DNA of 32,000 nucleotides, from positions 2,760,001 through 2,792,000 of the forward strand of contig OZ245049.1 of assembly GCA_965224465.1 (NCBI GenBank), written 5' to 3'. The position numbers and the translations under genes were made by a program. Below are positions 16,716-26,666 of the stretch, piece by piece. Position 1 is the stretch's first letter, and each line of letters opens with the position of its first letter. The notes beneath the pieces were generated by a model. It saw only the letters and a list, made by a program, of their open reading frames with translations, did no database searches and was not told where the DNA came from. This DNA comes from Flavobacteriaceae bacterium. Its GTDB lineage: Bacteria; Bacteroidota; Bacteroidia; Flavobacteriales; Flavobacteriaceae.

Positions 16716-17018
16716 GATTTAATTGAAACAAGGCATGCAGTAGAATAAATCAGCTATTAACACCCATTACATTTAATGTCTGAATCCACAAAATTTGATA
16801 GCGCTCATTATATATTTTCACCAAATGATAGTACTTAATAGTAAAAACAACAGGCGCACTCCAAGGATACGAGACACACTTCTAGCATCCAATGTTAACA
16901 ATCAAGGCAGCGCCACGTAAAAGTCAATAAGCTCGGGGCAAGCCCACGAGGCATAAAAAAGAAAAGAAACATGAATCATTTCGATGTAAGTATTGGAGAA
17001 TTAAACCCACTGGTGGGA

Positions 17019-19502
17019 TTAAAAGCGCAAGGTAGTCGCCAAGGAGAAATTACGCCCAGGAGCACTAATCCCAGAAGCAAACTCACGATAATGTAAATCA
17101 AAAATATTATCAACAGAAGCAAATACAGTCACATAACTATTAAAGCTTAGTTTAGCATTACACCCCAAAACACTCCAACTTGGCGTACCATAATAGCCAG
17201 ATGCGTTATTAAAATCAACAGGAGATTGATGGACATTATCAATTCCTTCCACCAAATTATAATCACTTATTTTTTTTCTACCGCTATAATTCCAATGCAA
17301 TCCTGACTGAAAACGCTCTGTTTTAAAACCAACTTCAACCATTGAAAACACAGGAGGTATTGAAGAAACAGGTACTTTTGTATCCAAGGTCTCTCCTTTG
17401 GTATAGGTAATAGAACCTGTAGCATACCAATTATCAAAAATCGTATGCCGAAACGAAAAGGTAGACCCCATAATATTAGCAGTCCCTTTATTTACATTCG
17501 CAATCGTTGTCGCGACATCTTCATCGTACACAATCGTTGGATTCACACCTGCTTCAGCAATTTGACTTGTAGCCAAATTAAATACAGCGCGAGTAATATA
17601 ATTATCTAAAAGCGTATAATAAATATTCAAGCCCAAATAAGATTTTTTCTGATTAAAATGTTTGACCAAGCCCATTTCTGCATTATACGCATATTCTGGT
17701 CTCAAATTAATATTAGGTACGGTTACAAAACCAGATTTTTCTCTAATTTTTCCAACATCGTCAATATTAGGAGCTCTAAACCCCGAGGAAATTATTCCAT
17801 TTAATTGAATACTACGATCCGGTTTATACACATATCCAAGGGTTGCGGTAACCGCGGAGTTTTTCAATTTAATATCCCAATCTGGTAACTGGATATACGT
17901 TGCATCCCTCCAGTGGGCATTTAAAAAAGTATTGATATATCTAATCCCTGTATTTAAGGTTGATTTACTTGTAATATCTTGGCGATAATTCAAATATGCA
18001 GCCATACTAGTATAGTTACTTCCCCCATCAGGATAGCGAGTTTGGACAACAAAATTATCCGAAAACCCAACCACCTTAGCACGAGAAACCTCTAATTTTT
18101 CTCCAAAAGCATCTGAATTCACATCATTATAAGTAGCTTCAAATCCGTACGAGAGTAAGCGACGACCACGTGTGCTAAGTGGCACATAAAAATCGCCATT
18201 CACACTAAATACATCCACCTCTTCGTTGCGATAATTACGATTTAAACTAGAAAATTTACGTTGCACTCTAGATTCTTGTATATTTTGATATGCCATGGTG
18301 ATGGTACCTGCCTCCATGAATTTTTTTGTAGATTTCAACTTGAATTGCGCAGAAGCCAACATTCTTTTCTGAGGACCATAGTGCCATTCTGCAAATTTAA
18401 GTTTCCCCTTGGAATATTGGGTCAATTTATCAAAACGTGGGATATCTGATGATTTTGAATATTGAAAATTAAGGTTCAGGATCGTTTTATCAGACAATGG
18501 AATGTGTAATTTTTGTAAAAAGTCTATTTGAGAATACCCTGTATTCTTCTGAACAGACGGATCCTCATTTCTCACGGGATTCAAATTAAACAAACCCTCC
18601 GTATTATTAGAAAACTCATAAACTTTTCCCCATTCATCAAAGCCATGCTTTCTGTTTTTCCCCATTGTTAAATCCCCAAAGCGTGACGTAGAAAAACTAG
18701 TAAAAGAACCGAGCTTCTTTAGATTAAGTTCTACACTTCCTTCTAAGGTAAACTCATTATTTACAGTTCCTATACGTGAAAACACACTTGTAGACAAATG
18801 ATTACCATCACTTATGGAAGGTGTTTTTGTAAAAAAATGAATGACACCACCAAGAGCATCTGAACCATACATCACGGAAGAAGGACCAAATATAACCTCC
18901 GTACGATCCAATACATTGGGTGATATACTTATAGAATTTTGCAAATGTCCTGTTCTATAAATGGCATTGTTCATTCTAACACCGTCTATCACCAACAGCA
19001 CACGATTCGCCTCCATACCACGAAGTACTGGGCTTCCACCACCAAACTGGGACTTTTGAACTCTAACCCCAGGTATCTTTGCTAGTAAATCTGCAGTAGT
19101 TTGAGGTGATTTTAGAAGAATATCATTTTTAGAGAGTACTTCTATATGTTCGGCAATCCTATTTTTATTTTCTTTTCTACGAGATGCTGATAACACTACA
19201 GCATCCAACAACTCCGTATTCTTATGCAAGATCACTTTAAAGTCTTGAAATTTCAAATCTCTTTTTAAAAACTTTACTTCTACATAAGATTCGCAAGAAA
19301 AATAAAGAACTTCCTTATCAAAAAACGGTGTTAAATCAGCAATCCCATTTCTATCTGTATACACAAACAAGCTTTTAGACGCATTGAATATAGTAACATG
19401 AGGGAGTTCAAACAAGGTATAACTATCCAACACTTTAACTTGCTGACTACACATTAATTGCACTGAAAATAAACTAAGAAAAATACTGATATACCGAATC
19501 AT
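17019..19502 (-). CDS. TonB-dependent outer-membrane receptor (N-terminal carboxypeptidase-regulatory-like domain, plug, 22-strand barrel)
   Basis: Signal peptide. Plug motifs (LLAKIPGVRVQKSQFGGGSPVLRGMEANRVLLVIDGVRMN, IEVIFGPSSVMYGSDALGGVI). C-terminal ...NFSLATTLRF with terminal Phe. No adjacent SusD-like gene. Confidence 0.9.
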   Translation of the reverse strand: MIRYISIFLSLFSVQLMCSQQVKVLDSYTLFELPHVTIFNASKSLFVYTDRNGIADLTPFFDKEVLYFSCESYVEVKFLKRDLKFQDFKVILHKNTELLDAVVLSASRRKENKNRIAEHIEVLSKNDILLKSPQTTADLLAKIPGVRVQKSQFGGGSPVLRGMEANRVLLVIDGVRMNNAIYRTGHLQNSISISPNVLDRTEVIFGPSSVMYGSDALGGVIHFFTKTPSISDGNHLSTSVFSRIGTVNNEFTLEGSVELNLKKLGSFTSFSTSRFGDLTMGKNRKHGFDEWGKVYEFSNNTEGLFNLNPVRNEDPSVQKNTGYSQIDFLQKLHIPLSDKTILNLNFQYSKSSDIPRFDKLTQYSKGKLKFAEWHYGPQKRMLASAQFKLKSTKKFMEAGTITMAYQNIQESRVQRKFSSLNRNYRNEEVDVFSVNGDFYVPLSTRGRRLLSYGFEATYNDVNSDAFGEKLEVSRAKVVGFSDNFVVQTRYPDGGSNYTSMAAYLNYRQDITSKSTLNTGIRYINTFLNAHWRDATYIQLPDWDIKLKNSAVTATLGYVYKPDRSIQLNGIISSGFRAPNIDDVGKIREKSGFVTVPNINLRPEYAYNAEMGLVKHFNQKKSYLGLNIYYTLLDNYITRAVFNLATSQIAEAGVNPTIVYDEDVATTIANVNKGTANIMGSTFSFRHTIFDNWYATGSITYTKGETLDTKVPVSSIPPVFSMVEVGFKTERFQSGLHWNYSGRKKISDYNLVEGIDNVHQSPVDFNNASGYYGTPSWSVLGCNAKLSFNSYVTVFASVDNIFDLHYREFASGISAPGRNFSLATTLRF

Positions 19503-20222
19503 TTAACTAAAAATTGTCTTTAATACTAACAAGGATTTTGGCTCCTTAAACCCGTCCAAATGCAAGCCGAAATAGGTGATTAATATGGACAACAAATCAT
19601 GCCTTTGACTTACATTTAACTTCATTCGACTTAGAGCATCAAATTTTGTGCCCAATAAGCTTAAAAATAATTTTAATTTTTGTCCTGTAATAAAATCATA
19701 GGCAGGTATTGTATCCATAAACACCCCTTCATTCAAATCAAAATAAAGTGGATTCTTTATATTAACAACAGGGTAAAACCCTAAAAACTTGGTTAAATTA
19801 AGCATAAATACTAAATGAAAATTAGAAACTTCATCATGTAAATCCACCCATTGCATCGCAGTTGTAACATACTTAAATAAGACTGGATTCCCTTCTTCCT
19901 CTTTTAACGTAGCATTTAAAATATCAGCGATAAAAAAAGAAATAGATTGTTTTGATATTTGTGTGGTTAAACTTTTATAATGATAAGACACGCTAGCTTC
20001 TTTCAACATATTTAGTTTTCCGGAAGTATTGTGGTAGCCAACTATCTGCAATTGAGTTAGCGGTTGAAAATAAGCTCTTTTTAATCCGCGATTTTTAGCT
20101 TTCAGAACACCTTTTACCATATACCTTTTAACACCTAACTCTAAGGTATAACATGTTACAATCAAACTTGTTTCTCCGTATTTAATACTATTTATAACAA
20201 TGGCTTTTGTTGCAGATATCAT
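19503..20222 (-). CDS. recO: DNA repair/recombination mediator RecO
   Basis: 239 aa with an N-terminal OB-fold segment (KAIVINSIKYGETSLIVTCYT...YFQPLTQLQIV) and the C-terminal ...HLDGFKEPKSLLVLKTIFS typical of Bacteroidota RecO. Confidence 0.8.
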   Translation of the reverse strand: MISATKAIVINSIKYGETSLIVTCYTLELGVKRYMVKGVLKAKNRGLKRAYFQPLTQLQIVGYHNTSGKLNMLKEASVSYHYKSLTTQISKQSISFFIADILNATLKEEEGNPVLFKYVTTAMQWVDLHDEVSNFHLVFMLNLTKFLGFYPVVNIKNPLYFDLNEGVFMDTIPAYDFITGQKLKLFLSLLGTKFDALSRMKLNVSQRHDLLSILITYFGLHLDGFKEPKSLLVLKTIFS

Positions 20223-20247
20223 AACGCGAAAATATAACAGTTTTGGA

Positions 20248-20291
20248 CAAAAAAAACCTTAAACATTATAATTTGCTTATAATGTTTAAGG
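20248..20291 (-). terminator. Rho-independent terminator of the LytTR two-component operon
   Basis: Perfect 15-bp stem CCTTAAACATTATAA (20257-20271) / TTATAATGTTTAAGG (20277-20291) with a 5-nt loop. On the minus strand it is followed by T8 (plus-strand A-run ending at 20256). Confidence 0.8.
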
Positions 20292-20453
20292 AATAAATAA
20301 ATCAACCCCTATGATTTATTTAATATTATTAAAATATGTTGTCAAAACCCCTCTTGACGTTAACATTTCGCTAATATACGTTTGAATTTGAATACTTTAA
20401 GGAAAGATCCTTTAAAATAAATAAATGGCACGATAAATCAAACAAAAGGAACG

Positions 20454-21779
20454 CTACTCGTAAGGAAACGTAATAGTAACATGTGTACCTGTAGTAACAT
20501 CATCTGAAATATCCACCGTTACTATTTGTACATTTTTATTCTTGTGCAACACTTTAATTCGGTTCTCAGTAGCTTCAGCACCATAAAACTTACGGCGTTC
20601 ACTAATATGTGTAGCAATTTTATTCTTATTAATTCCAATCCCGTTATCTATAATCTCACATATTATATTTCCTGACTCTTTTTTGATGTATAAATGAATT
20701 TCCTTATAGCCTTCTTTTTTGGTAATACCATGCCAAATAGAATTTTCAATAAAGGGCTGTAAAAACAGCGGAGGCACAAAAATTTGTTCATAGTTAATAC
20801 TATCATCCAAACTCACCAAAAAGGTAAATCCTCCTGTAATTCTCATTTGCTCCAATTTAACATACAGTGCAAGCGTTTTTAATTCATCATTCAAGGTAAC
20901 TGTAGGACTTGAAGAGCTATTTAAAATAACACGGATAAGTTTTGAGAACTTTGTAATATAATCGGATGCTTTTTCAACTTCATTTTTCAACACAAAGTTA
21001 TTGATAGAATTCAACGAGTTAAACAAGAAATGAGGATTCATTTGACTCTGCAAAGCGGTCATTTTTAATTCTTCCATTTCCTTTAGTTTCAAGGCAAGTC
21101 TCAATTCTGCATTCTTACTTTTTTGTTCTACTTCTTTAATACTAAAACCAATAATAAGTGCTAAAATAAGACTGTAGCAAAACAAGACAGCATACACCAA
21201 AGTAGAGGAATGAATACCAATACCTGCAAATAGCGTTTCTCCTTCTAATACATGAATAAAACAGAGGTCAGTGGCTATTAAATAGAAAACAGTGGAAACG
21301 GTAAAAAACGGAACATATTTACCTTCAAACTTCCGAATTCGATACAAGACAAAAAGCACCAATACATTAAATAGTGGCATTACAATAGCATAGGCTTTTA
21401 ACTGATACTTAAATCCGAGAAAATAATCGATAAGAAAAAAGACAAACGCTAACAAAAGCAATGATTTACAAGATATACTTAAGACGATATCTAGCAAAAC
21501 ATCTACAGAACGTGTTTCTAAATATTCACGTATAAATTGAATCAACATAGAAAACGATATCAACTGAAGTAAAAACACTACAGAATTAAAATCGCCCTGT
21601 CCTCCAAATTTAAATGTTAGGTGTTTGGACAAATACAACAACATAAAACCTATAAACCCACTATAATAGAGATAGATTTTACGATTATTCTGAAAACCAA
21701 TAACAATATGAAACAAAAACATCATAAACAGACCTCCTCGAACCCATGCAAAAAATTCAGAATGTAAATCTGTCAACAT
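20454..21779 (-). CDS. Membrane sensor histidine kinase, LytS/YehU type (His_kinase PF06580-like plus HATPase_c)
   Basis: About 6-7 N-terminal TM helices, a coiled linker, then LQSQMNPHFLFNSLNSINNFV (LytS-type phospho-acceptor region) and an ATPase domain (ENSIWHG...DNGIGI). Confidence 0.85.
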   Translation of the reverse strand: MLTDLHSEFFAWVRGGLFMMFLFHIVIGFQNNRKIYLYYSGFIGFMLLYLSKHLTFKFGGQGDFNSVVFLLQLISFSMLIQFIREYLETRSVDVLLDIVLSISCKSLLLLAFVFFLIDYFLGFKYQLKAYAIVMPLFNVLVLFVLYRIRKFEGKYVPFFTVSTVFYLIATDLCFIHVLEGETLFAGIGIHSSTLVYAVLFCYSLILALIIGFSIKEVEQKSKNAELRLALKLKEMEELKMTALQSQMNPHFLFNSLNSINNFVLKNEVEKASDYITKFSKLIRVILNSSSSPTVTLNDELKTLALYVKLEQMRITGGFTFLVSLDDSINYEQIFVPPLFLQPFIENSIWHGITKKEGYKEIHLYIKKESGNIICEIIDNGIGINKNKIATHISERRKFYGAEATENRIKVLHKNKNVQIVTVDISDDVTTGTHVTITFPYE

Positions 21780-21785
21780 GTTATA

Positions 21786-22526
21786 TTAGTCTAAATAAAG
21801 TTTCTTAAATAGCTCTGCTTTTTTATTTCTACTAATACTCGCTGTCAATCCATTACTCATAATAAGTTCCCCTCCCAATCCTTTTAAATATTCTTTTACG
21901 TGATTTAGATTGATTAAGTAAGAATTATGGACACGGTAAAACTGAGGAAACGTAAACTTACGTTCCACTTCTTTTAATGTTTTTGAGACTACAATTTGTT
22001 GTTCATTTTTTAAAAATATAGTGGTATAACTTTTATCCGACTTTAACATAACAACATCGTCTTGCTCCAATAAATAGACTTTCCCATCTGCAGAAATATT
22101 GATCTTATCACTAGGACTGCCATTAATATTATTAATAAGCAACTGCAATTTATCTTCTAATTTCAAATCGTTATGAGAAGACCTAACTTTAGAAATAGCT
22201 TCTAATAATTCGTCTTTATCTACGGGCTTTAACAAATAATCAATTGCAGAGACTTTAATTGCTTTTAGAGCAAATTCGTCATGAGCTGTGGTAAATATTA
22301 AATTAAAGTTTTTAAAGTTTAATTTCTCTATCATTGTAAAACCATCCATTTCAGGCATTTGAATGTCTAAAAAGACCACATCAGGTTTTGTTTCTTCTAT
22401 AATATCAATAGCTTTTATAGGAGAGTTACAAGTAGAGATATCAACATCGTCTATATAATGATTTAATTTCCACTCCAACGCCTCTAAAGCATCATTTTCA
22501 TCATCAACAAGTAAAATTCGTAGCAT
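21786..22526 (-). CDS. LytR/AlgR-family response regulator (REC plus LytTR DNA-binding domain)
   Basis: REC motifs (ILLVDDE, VVFLDIQMPEMDGF, FTTAHDEFALKA) and a LytTR domain (...FYRVHNSYLINLNHV...). It lies 6 bp upstream of the kinase gene. Confidence 0.9.
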   Translation of the reverse strand: MLRILLVDDENDALEALEWKLNHYIDDVDISTCNSPIKAIDIIEETKPDVVFLDIQMPEMDGFTMIEKLNFKNFNLIFTTAHDEFALKAIKVSAIDYLLKPVDKDELLEAISKVRSSHNDLKLEDKLQLLINNINGSPSDKINISADGKVYLLEQDDVVMLKSDKSYTTIFLKNEQQIVVSKTLKEVERKFTFPQFYRVHNSYLINLNHVKEYLKGLGGELIMSNGLTASISRNKKAELFKKLYLD

Positions 22527-22589
22527 ATTTAATATTTCATGAGGTTTCTATTTATGCAAGATACAATATTTACATAATTCAACAACGCG

Positions 22590-24935
22590 TTAATCTGAAA
22601 TTTCGATGATTATTTTTTTCTCATTCCCTTTAGTATCTACTACATATACAACATGCCTTCCGATAGTTGGATGTACCATCATTTCGTGAATCACGGTAGT
22701 AGTTCCAATATACTTTGCATCTAAATACCAATGCACACTTGCATCAGAATACGCATGAACCAATTTCAAAACCAAGGATCCCGATTCTTCTTTTATGTTT
22801 TTAGAGAGAACAATGATGCTATTATTTAATGGATAAACAAAATCCATTACCGATCTATTTTCAGAAACACAATCGCCTCTATACGGCGGCAATGGTTCAA
22901 ATAAAGGATGTTTATTTTTATAATAATATCCCTCAATTGGAGACAGCACAAACCAACTCCTATGCGTAATATTACTCAAGGACTCACAGGAAAAATTAAC
23001 TTGGTATTTCTCACTTTTATCTAGATGGACCCATTTATGATACGTACATGGTGCTGTTTTTAGACCACTTAACTGAACAAAAACACTATCTATCTGAGGG
23101 CAAATTCCCGTCGCCAAAGCTCCACTTTCTCTACATATTGGTTCTTTAGACAACGCATCAAAAGGCTTTATAAACCAATCGGTTTCTGGCAACAAGTCAA
23201 ATATTTCAAACAATATAGGTGCCGCCACCTTTGTTCCTATAAGTCCTGGTCGGCCTTCTCCATCAGCATTCCCAACCCAAACTCCGACCACATAATCTGC
23301 CGTAGTTCCAACTGCCCATGCATCTCTAAAACCAAAACTTGTACCCGTTTTCCACGCCACTTTTTTCGCGGATTCATAAAATTTCCAATTCCCCTCTGTT
23401 GCGGGTCTGTTCACCTGTAATAAGGCGTCATATGTCATATAAATGGACCCAGCATCAAACAAGGTTTTCTCTTTAGACTCCTTCCCAAAATCCAACGATT
23501 TATCTGCGAACAAATTTAATTCTGAAAATTCTTTTGAAAAATAGCTGCCATAATAGTGATCATAATGATTAATTGTACTCGAAAACGCAGCAAAATTCTT
23601 ACATAAATCCCACAGATTACATTCAGCTCCTCCAAGAATCAAGGACAGCCCATAATAATCCGCGTTTTGAGAGATTCCAGAAAATTTCATCTGTTCTAAT
23701 TTTCCTAAAAACCGATCCACACCATAGGACTGAAGCATCCGCACCGCTGGCACATTAAGAGATCGTGCCAATGCTTCACTAGCAGGCACAACACCATCAT
23801 ACTTTTGATTAAAATTTACGGGATGATAACTTCCTATATACGTTGGAATATCCAACACCAATGTACGCGGTAACAAATCACCTGCATCCAACATTGCCGT
23901 GTATAAAAAAGGCTTTAAAATACTCCCTGTACTTCTGTTTTTACTAATAATATCTACATCTTTCTGATGTTCACTACTTGTTGGAGAATTCCCTACATAA
24001 GCCAATACTTTTCTGGTTTTAACGTCCACCACAAGTACCGCAATATTATTTATTTGATTTTGACTTAAAATTTCATAATGTTGTTTTACAATGGAATTCA
24101 CTCGTTTTTGCAATCGAAAATCTAGCGAGGTCTTCACTTTTTTACCTTCATTTAATCTATTTATTTTAGACAGTAAATGTGGCGCTAACCTAGGTAAAGC
24201 ATGCGGTTTAGACGGTAAAGATTCTTCACATGCCAACTGATACGTTAAAGAATCGATCTTGTGATGTTCCCATAACTTTTTCAACAAACGGTTTCTTTTT
24301 TGTTTAAACCGTTTCTTATTCCTCCCAGGATATATCATACTTGGCGCATTTGGCAACACCGCAAGGGTTGCACTCTCCGACCAAGACAATTGGTGTGGCT
24401 TCCTCCCAAAATAACGCCATGCCGCAGCATCTATCCCTACCACATTACCTCCAAAAGGAGCTTTTGAAGCATATAATTTTAAAATATCATCTTTGGATAA
24501 ACGCCATTCTAAGCGGGTAGCAAGCACTAATTCAAGAGCTTTTTCTAGATAACTACGTTTCTTACCATGTCTCGAAAGCCGAATCACTTGTTGCGTAATG
24601 GTACTCCCTCCACGTTTTACACTTCCGGCCTTTACATTTACAATAAAAGCTTTTAGGATAGACACAGGATTAAAGCCTGGATGCTTGTAAAAATAAGCAT
24701 CTTCAAAAAGCACAATACACTCTTTAAACTTATAGGGAACTGAATCCGATACCGGAAATCTCCACTGACCATCTCTTGCGATATGAGCCCCTAAAAGATC
24801 TCCTTCCGAACTCTCAATCACCGTGGTGGTCGGAGCCGTAAACAAGGGATTGGGCAAACAAAAATAATACGCAATAAGCAGCACACCTATCAATAGTGTT
24901 TTGAACCTATGTTTATGAAATATTTTAAGAATCAT
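22590..24935 (-). CDS. pbpC: Penicillin-binding protein 1C (bifunctional GT51 glycosyltransferase / transpeptidase with PBP1C C-terminal domain)
   Basis: GT51 motifs EDAYFYKHPGFNP and RGGSTITQQV. Transpeptidase SxxK (STGSILKP). ~780-aa length with a beta-rich C-terminal extension as in PBP1C. Confidence 0.8.
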   Translation of the reverse strand: MILKIFHKHRFKTLLIGVLLIAYYFCLPNPLFTAPTTTVIESSEGDLLGAHIARDGQWRFPVSDSVPYKFKECIVLFEDAYFYKHPGFNPVSILKAFIVNVKAGSVKRGGSTITQQVIRLSRHGKKRSYLEKALELVLATRLEWRLSKDDILKLYASKAPFGGNVVGIDAAAWRYFGRKPHQLSWSESATLAVLPNAPSMIYPGRNKKRFKQKRNRLLKKLWEHHKIDSLTYQLACEESLPSKPHALPRLAPHLLSKINRLNEGKKVKTSLDFRLQKRVNSIVKQHYEILSQNQINNIAVLVVDVKTRKVLAYVGNSPTSSEHQKDVDIISKNRSTGSILKPFLYTAMLDAGDLLPRTLVLDIPTYIGSYHPVNFNQKYDGVVPASEALARSLNVPAVRMLQSYGVDRFLGKLEQMKFSGISQNADYYGLSLILGGAECNLWDLCKNFAAFSSTINHYDHYYGSYFSKEFSELNLFADKSLDFGKESKEKTLFDAGSIYMTYDALLQVNRPATEGNWKFYESAKKVAWKTGTSFGFRDAWAVGTTADYVVGVWVGNADGEGRPGLIGTKVAAPILFEIFDLLPETDWFIKPFDALSKEPICRESGALATGICPQIDSVFVQLSGLKTAPCTYHKWVHLDKSEKYQVNFSCESLSNITHRSWFVLSPIEGYYYKNKHPLFEPLPPYRGDCVSENRSVMDFVYPLNNSIIVLSKNIKEESGSLVLKLVHAYSDASVHWYLDAKYIGTTTVIHEMMVHPTIGRHVVYVVDTKGNEKKIIIEISD

Positions 24936-24971
24936 TCGATACCTTCATGAGACGTCCAAAATTAGTACTTT

Positions 24972-25481
24972 TTACAGAAATAACGCTTTTAAATCGGTCG
25001 CCTCTTTGGGGTTTAGTTTTCCCGACAACACTAAACTTAGTTGTTTCCGAATTAAAGCACTGGTATATCGTTCTTTCTCTACCTCTGTTTCAGGTATTAG
25101 TTGAGGTACTTTTACAGGCTTCCCATGGTCGTTCACAGCAACAAAAGTATAAATTCCTTCATTCACTTTTTCGCGTTCCCCCGTCAACCTGTCTTCTTTC
25201 CACACATCTACATACACCTCCATAGACGAAGAGAATGCACGTGACACCTTTGCTTCCATCTGTAAGATACTCCCTACGGGAACTGCTTTTGTAAACACTA
25301 CATGGTTTACAGATACCGTTACGCAAATACAATTAGAATGCCTACTTGCGGATATACTGGTAGCGCGGTCCATACGTGCCAATAATTCTCCTCCAAATAA
25401 ATTATTTAAAGGGTTCGTTTCTCCAGGCAATACCGTATCTGTAAGGATTGTCAAGGACTCTTTTGCTTTTTTTGAATTCAT
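24972..25481 (-). CDS. Acyl-CoA thioesterase (hotdog fold, YciA/BFIT-like)
   Basis: 169 aa. The segment LPGETNPLNNLFGGELLARMDRATSISASRH... is typical of 4HBT-type acyl-CoA thioester hydrolases. Confidence 0.75.
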   Translation of the reverse strand: MNSKKAKESLTILTDTVLPGETNPLNNLFGGELLARMDRATSISASRHSNCICVTVSVNHVVFTKAVPVGSILQMEAKVSRAFSSSMEVYVDVWKEDRLTGEREKVNEGIYTFVAVNDHGKPVKVPQLIPETEVEKERYTSALIRKQLSLVLSGKLNPKEATDLKALFL

Positions 25482-25552
25482 AGTCTTTTTTTAAAACTAC
25501 AAATATAGAGATAAAATTAGATGTAGGTGACGGGGCATGAAGAATGGAGGGT

Positions 25553-25590
25553 ATAAAAAAGAAAAACAACTAAAAATAGTTGTTTTTCTT
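25553..25590 (-). terminator. Rho-independent terminator downstream of the HU/SPOR gene
   Basis: Perfect 14-bp stem AAGAAAAACAACTA (25559-25572) / TAGTTGTTTTTCTT (25577-25590) with a 4-nt loop. The minus strand continues into a T-run. Confidence 0.75.
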
Positions 25591-25658
25591 GTAAAATATC
25601 TTTTGTATAAGCTGATTCTAATCTAGCCTAAATCCGTATAACAAACACTTACTGAAGG

Positions 25659-26570
25659 CTAATCAACCAACAACCAAGCGTCTTTTAAAATCGTTTTTTG
25701 AATTTTATAAAGTGCGTTAATCGCATCTCTTTCATTACTATAACTCTGAACAGCTACTTGTGTCAATCCCCATTTATTAACCCCTAAAACAGCAGAATTG
25801 TAGCCCAAGTTTTTAAACTTATCGACCAATTTACCCACATTTTTAGCGTCCTTAAAAGCACCTCCAACTACATGGTAATTCAATGTTTCTTTCCCAACCG
25901 TTAACGTAAGCGAAGGAAGCGGATTGTCTATTACAAAGGTAGCTTCTTGTATTTTTCGCTCCACCACCTCTTGCATTTGTGTAGCAGCGGCAATTGCAAC
26001 CGACCTGTCTTGATTTTTATACACTTTCATTCCAACACTTCCAACAGTCAACACAATGGCTGCAGCAGCAACATATTTTAAGAATCCACCTGTACGGCGA
26101 TCTTCTTTAGCAGCAATTTCTGGATACAATGTCTTCACTTGCTGTTTGTAAGCTTCCCGTATAATTACAGGAGAAACAATCGTAGACAAACCAAATGAAT
26201 TGGTTAAATAATTTACTGTTTCCAAAGGCTCAAATGCAAGCGCTCCCGCAGCATTTTTCGAAAAAGAACCAATGTTTTCTAACAAAATCCCCTGATCCAA
26301 ATTCACATTCAAAAGCGCTACTTCGTTTTGAATATACACCAAGGCATCATCAAAAGCAATCCCCTTAGCAGAAGCAATATAATTCGCTAATAAACCATCA
26401 TTATTCTGAAGGTGTCTATTAAACGTTATTTGCTTAGAAGGTGGATAAAACGCATGTGTTTGTTTATTAATTCTAGCCGAAATAGTATTGGTTATAAAAC
26501 CTCCAAAATTCGGAACAATTACACATTCATATCTATATAATAAATCGCTGATGTAAGTGGCTAATGTCAT
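25659..26570 (-). CDS. HU-CCDC81-like N-domain / SPOR-domain protein (peptidoglycan-binding, division-associated)
   Basis: N-terminal ISDLLYRYECVIVPNFGGFITN, one TM segment, and a C-terminal SPOR-like repeat (YHVVGGAFKDAKNVGKLVDKFKNLGYNSAVL...). The ORF track starts at 26636; ATG at 26570 (MTLATYISDLL) is the more plausible start. Confidence 0.7.
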   Translation of the reverse strand: MTLATYISDLLYRYECVIVPNFGGFITNTISARINKQTHAFYPPSKQITFNRHLQNNDGLLANYIASAKGIAFDDALVYIQNEVALLNVNLDQGILLENIGSFSKNAAGALAFEPLETVNYLTNSFGLSTIVSPVIIREAYKQQVKTLYPEIAAKEDRRTGGFLKYVAAAAIVLTVGSVGMKVYKNQDRSVAIAAATQMQEVVERKIQEATFVIDNPLPSLTLTVGKETLNYHVVGGAFKDAKNVGKLVDKFKNLGYNSAVLGVNKWGLTQVAVQSYSNERDAINALYKIQKTILKDAWLLVD

Positions 26571-26666
26571 AGGAACAAATATAGCCAAGATCTCCAAAAG
26601 AAAAACCTGAGTTCTACACAAGTTATTAACAATCATTTTGTATATTGATGTTCAAATTGTTATTCC

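Noticed and set aside
16925-16950. GC-rich hairpin GCTCGGGGCAAGCCCACGAGGC and a possible 19-codon minus-strand ORF (MPRGLAPSLLTFTWRCLDC) downstream of the TonB-dependent receptor.
   Set aside because: The hairpin loop is too short for the full stem and there is no clear U-tract. The mini-ORF has no support. It may be a weak terminator, but I cannot substantiate it.
24947-25225. 92-aa plus-strand ORF opposite the thioesterase gene, and 61-aa ORF at 23573-23758 opposite pbpC.
   Set aside because: They are antisense to genes with clear family signatures. The products are Leu/Ser/Pro low-complexity.
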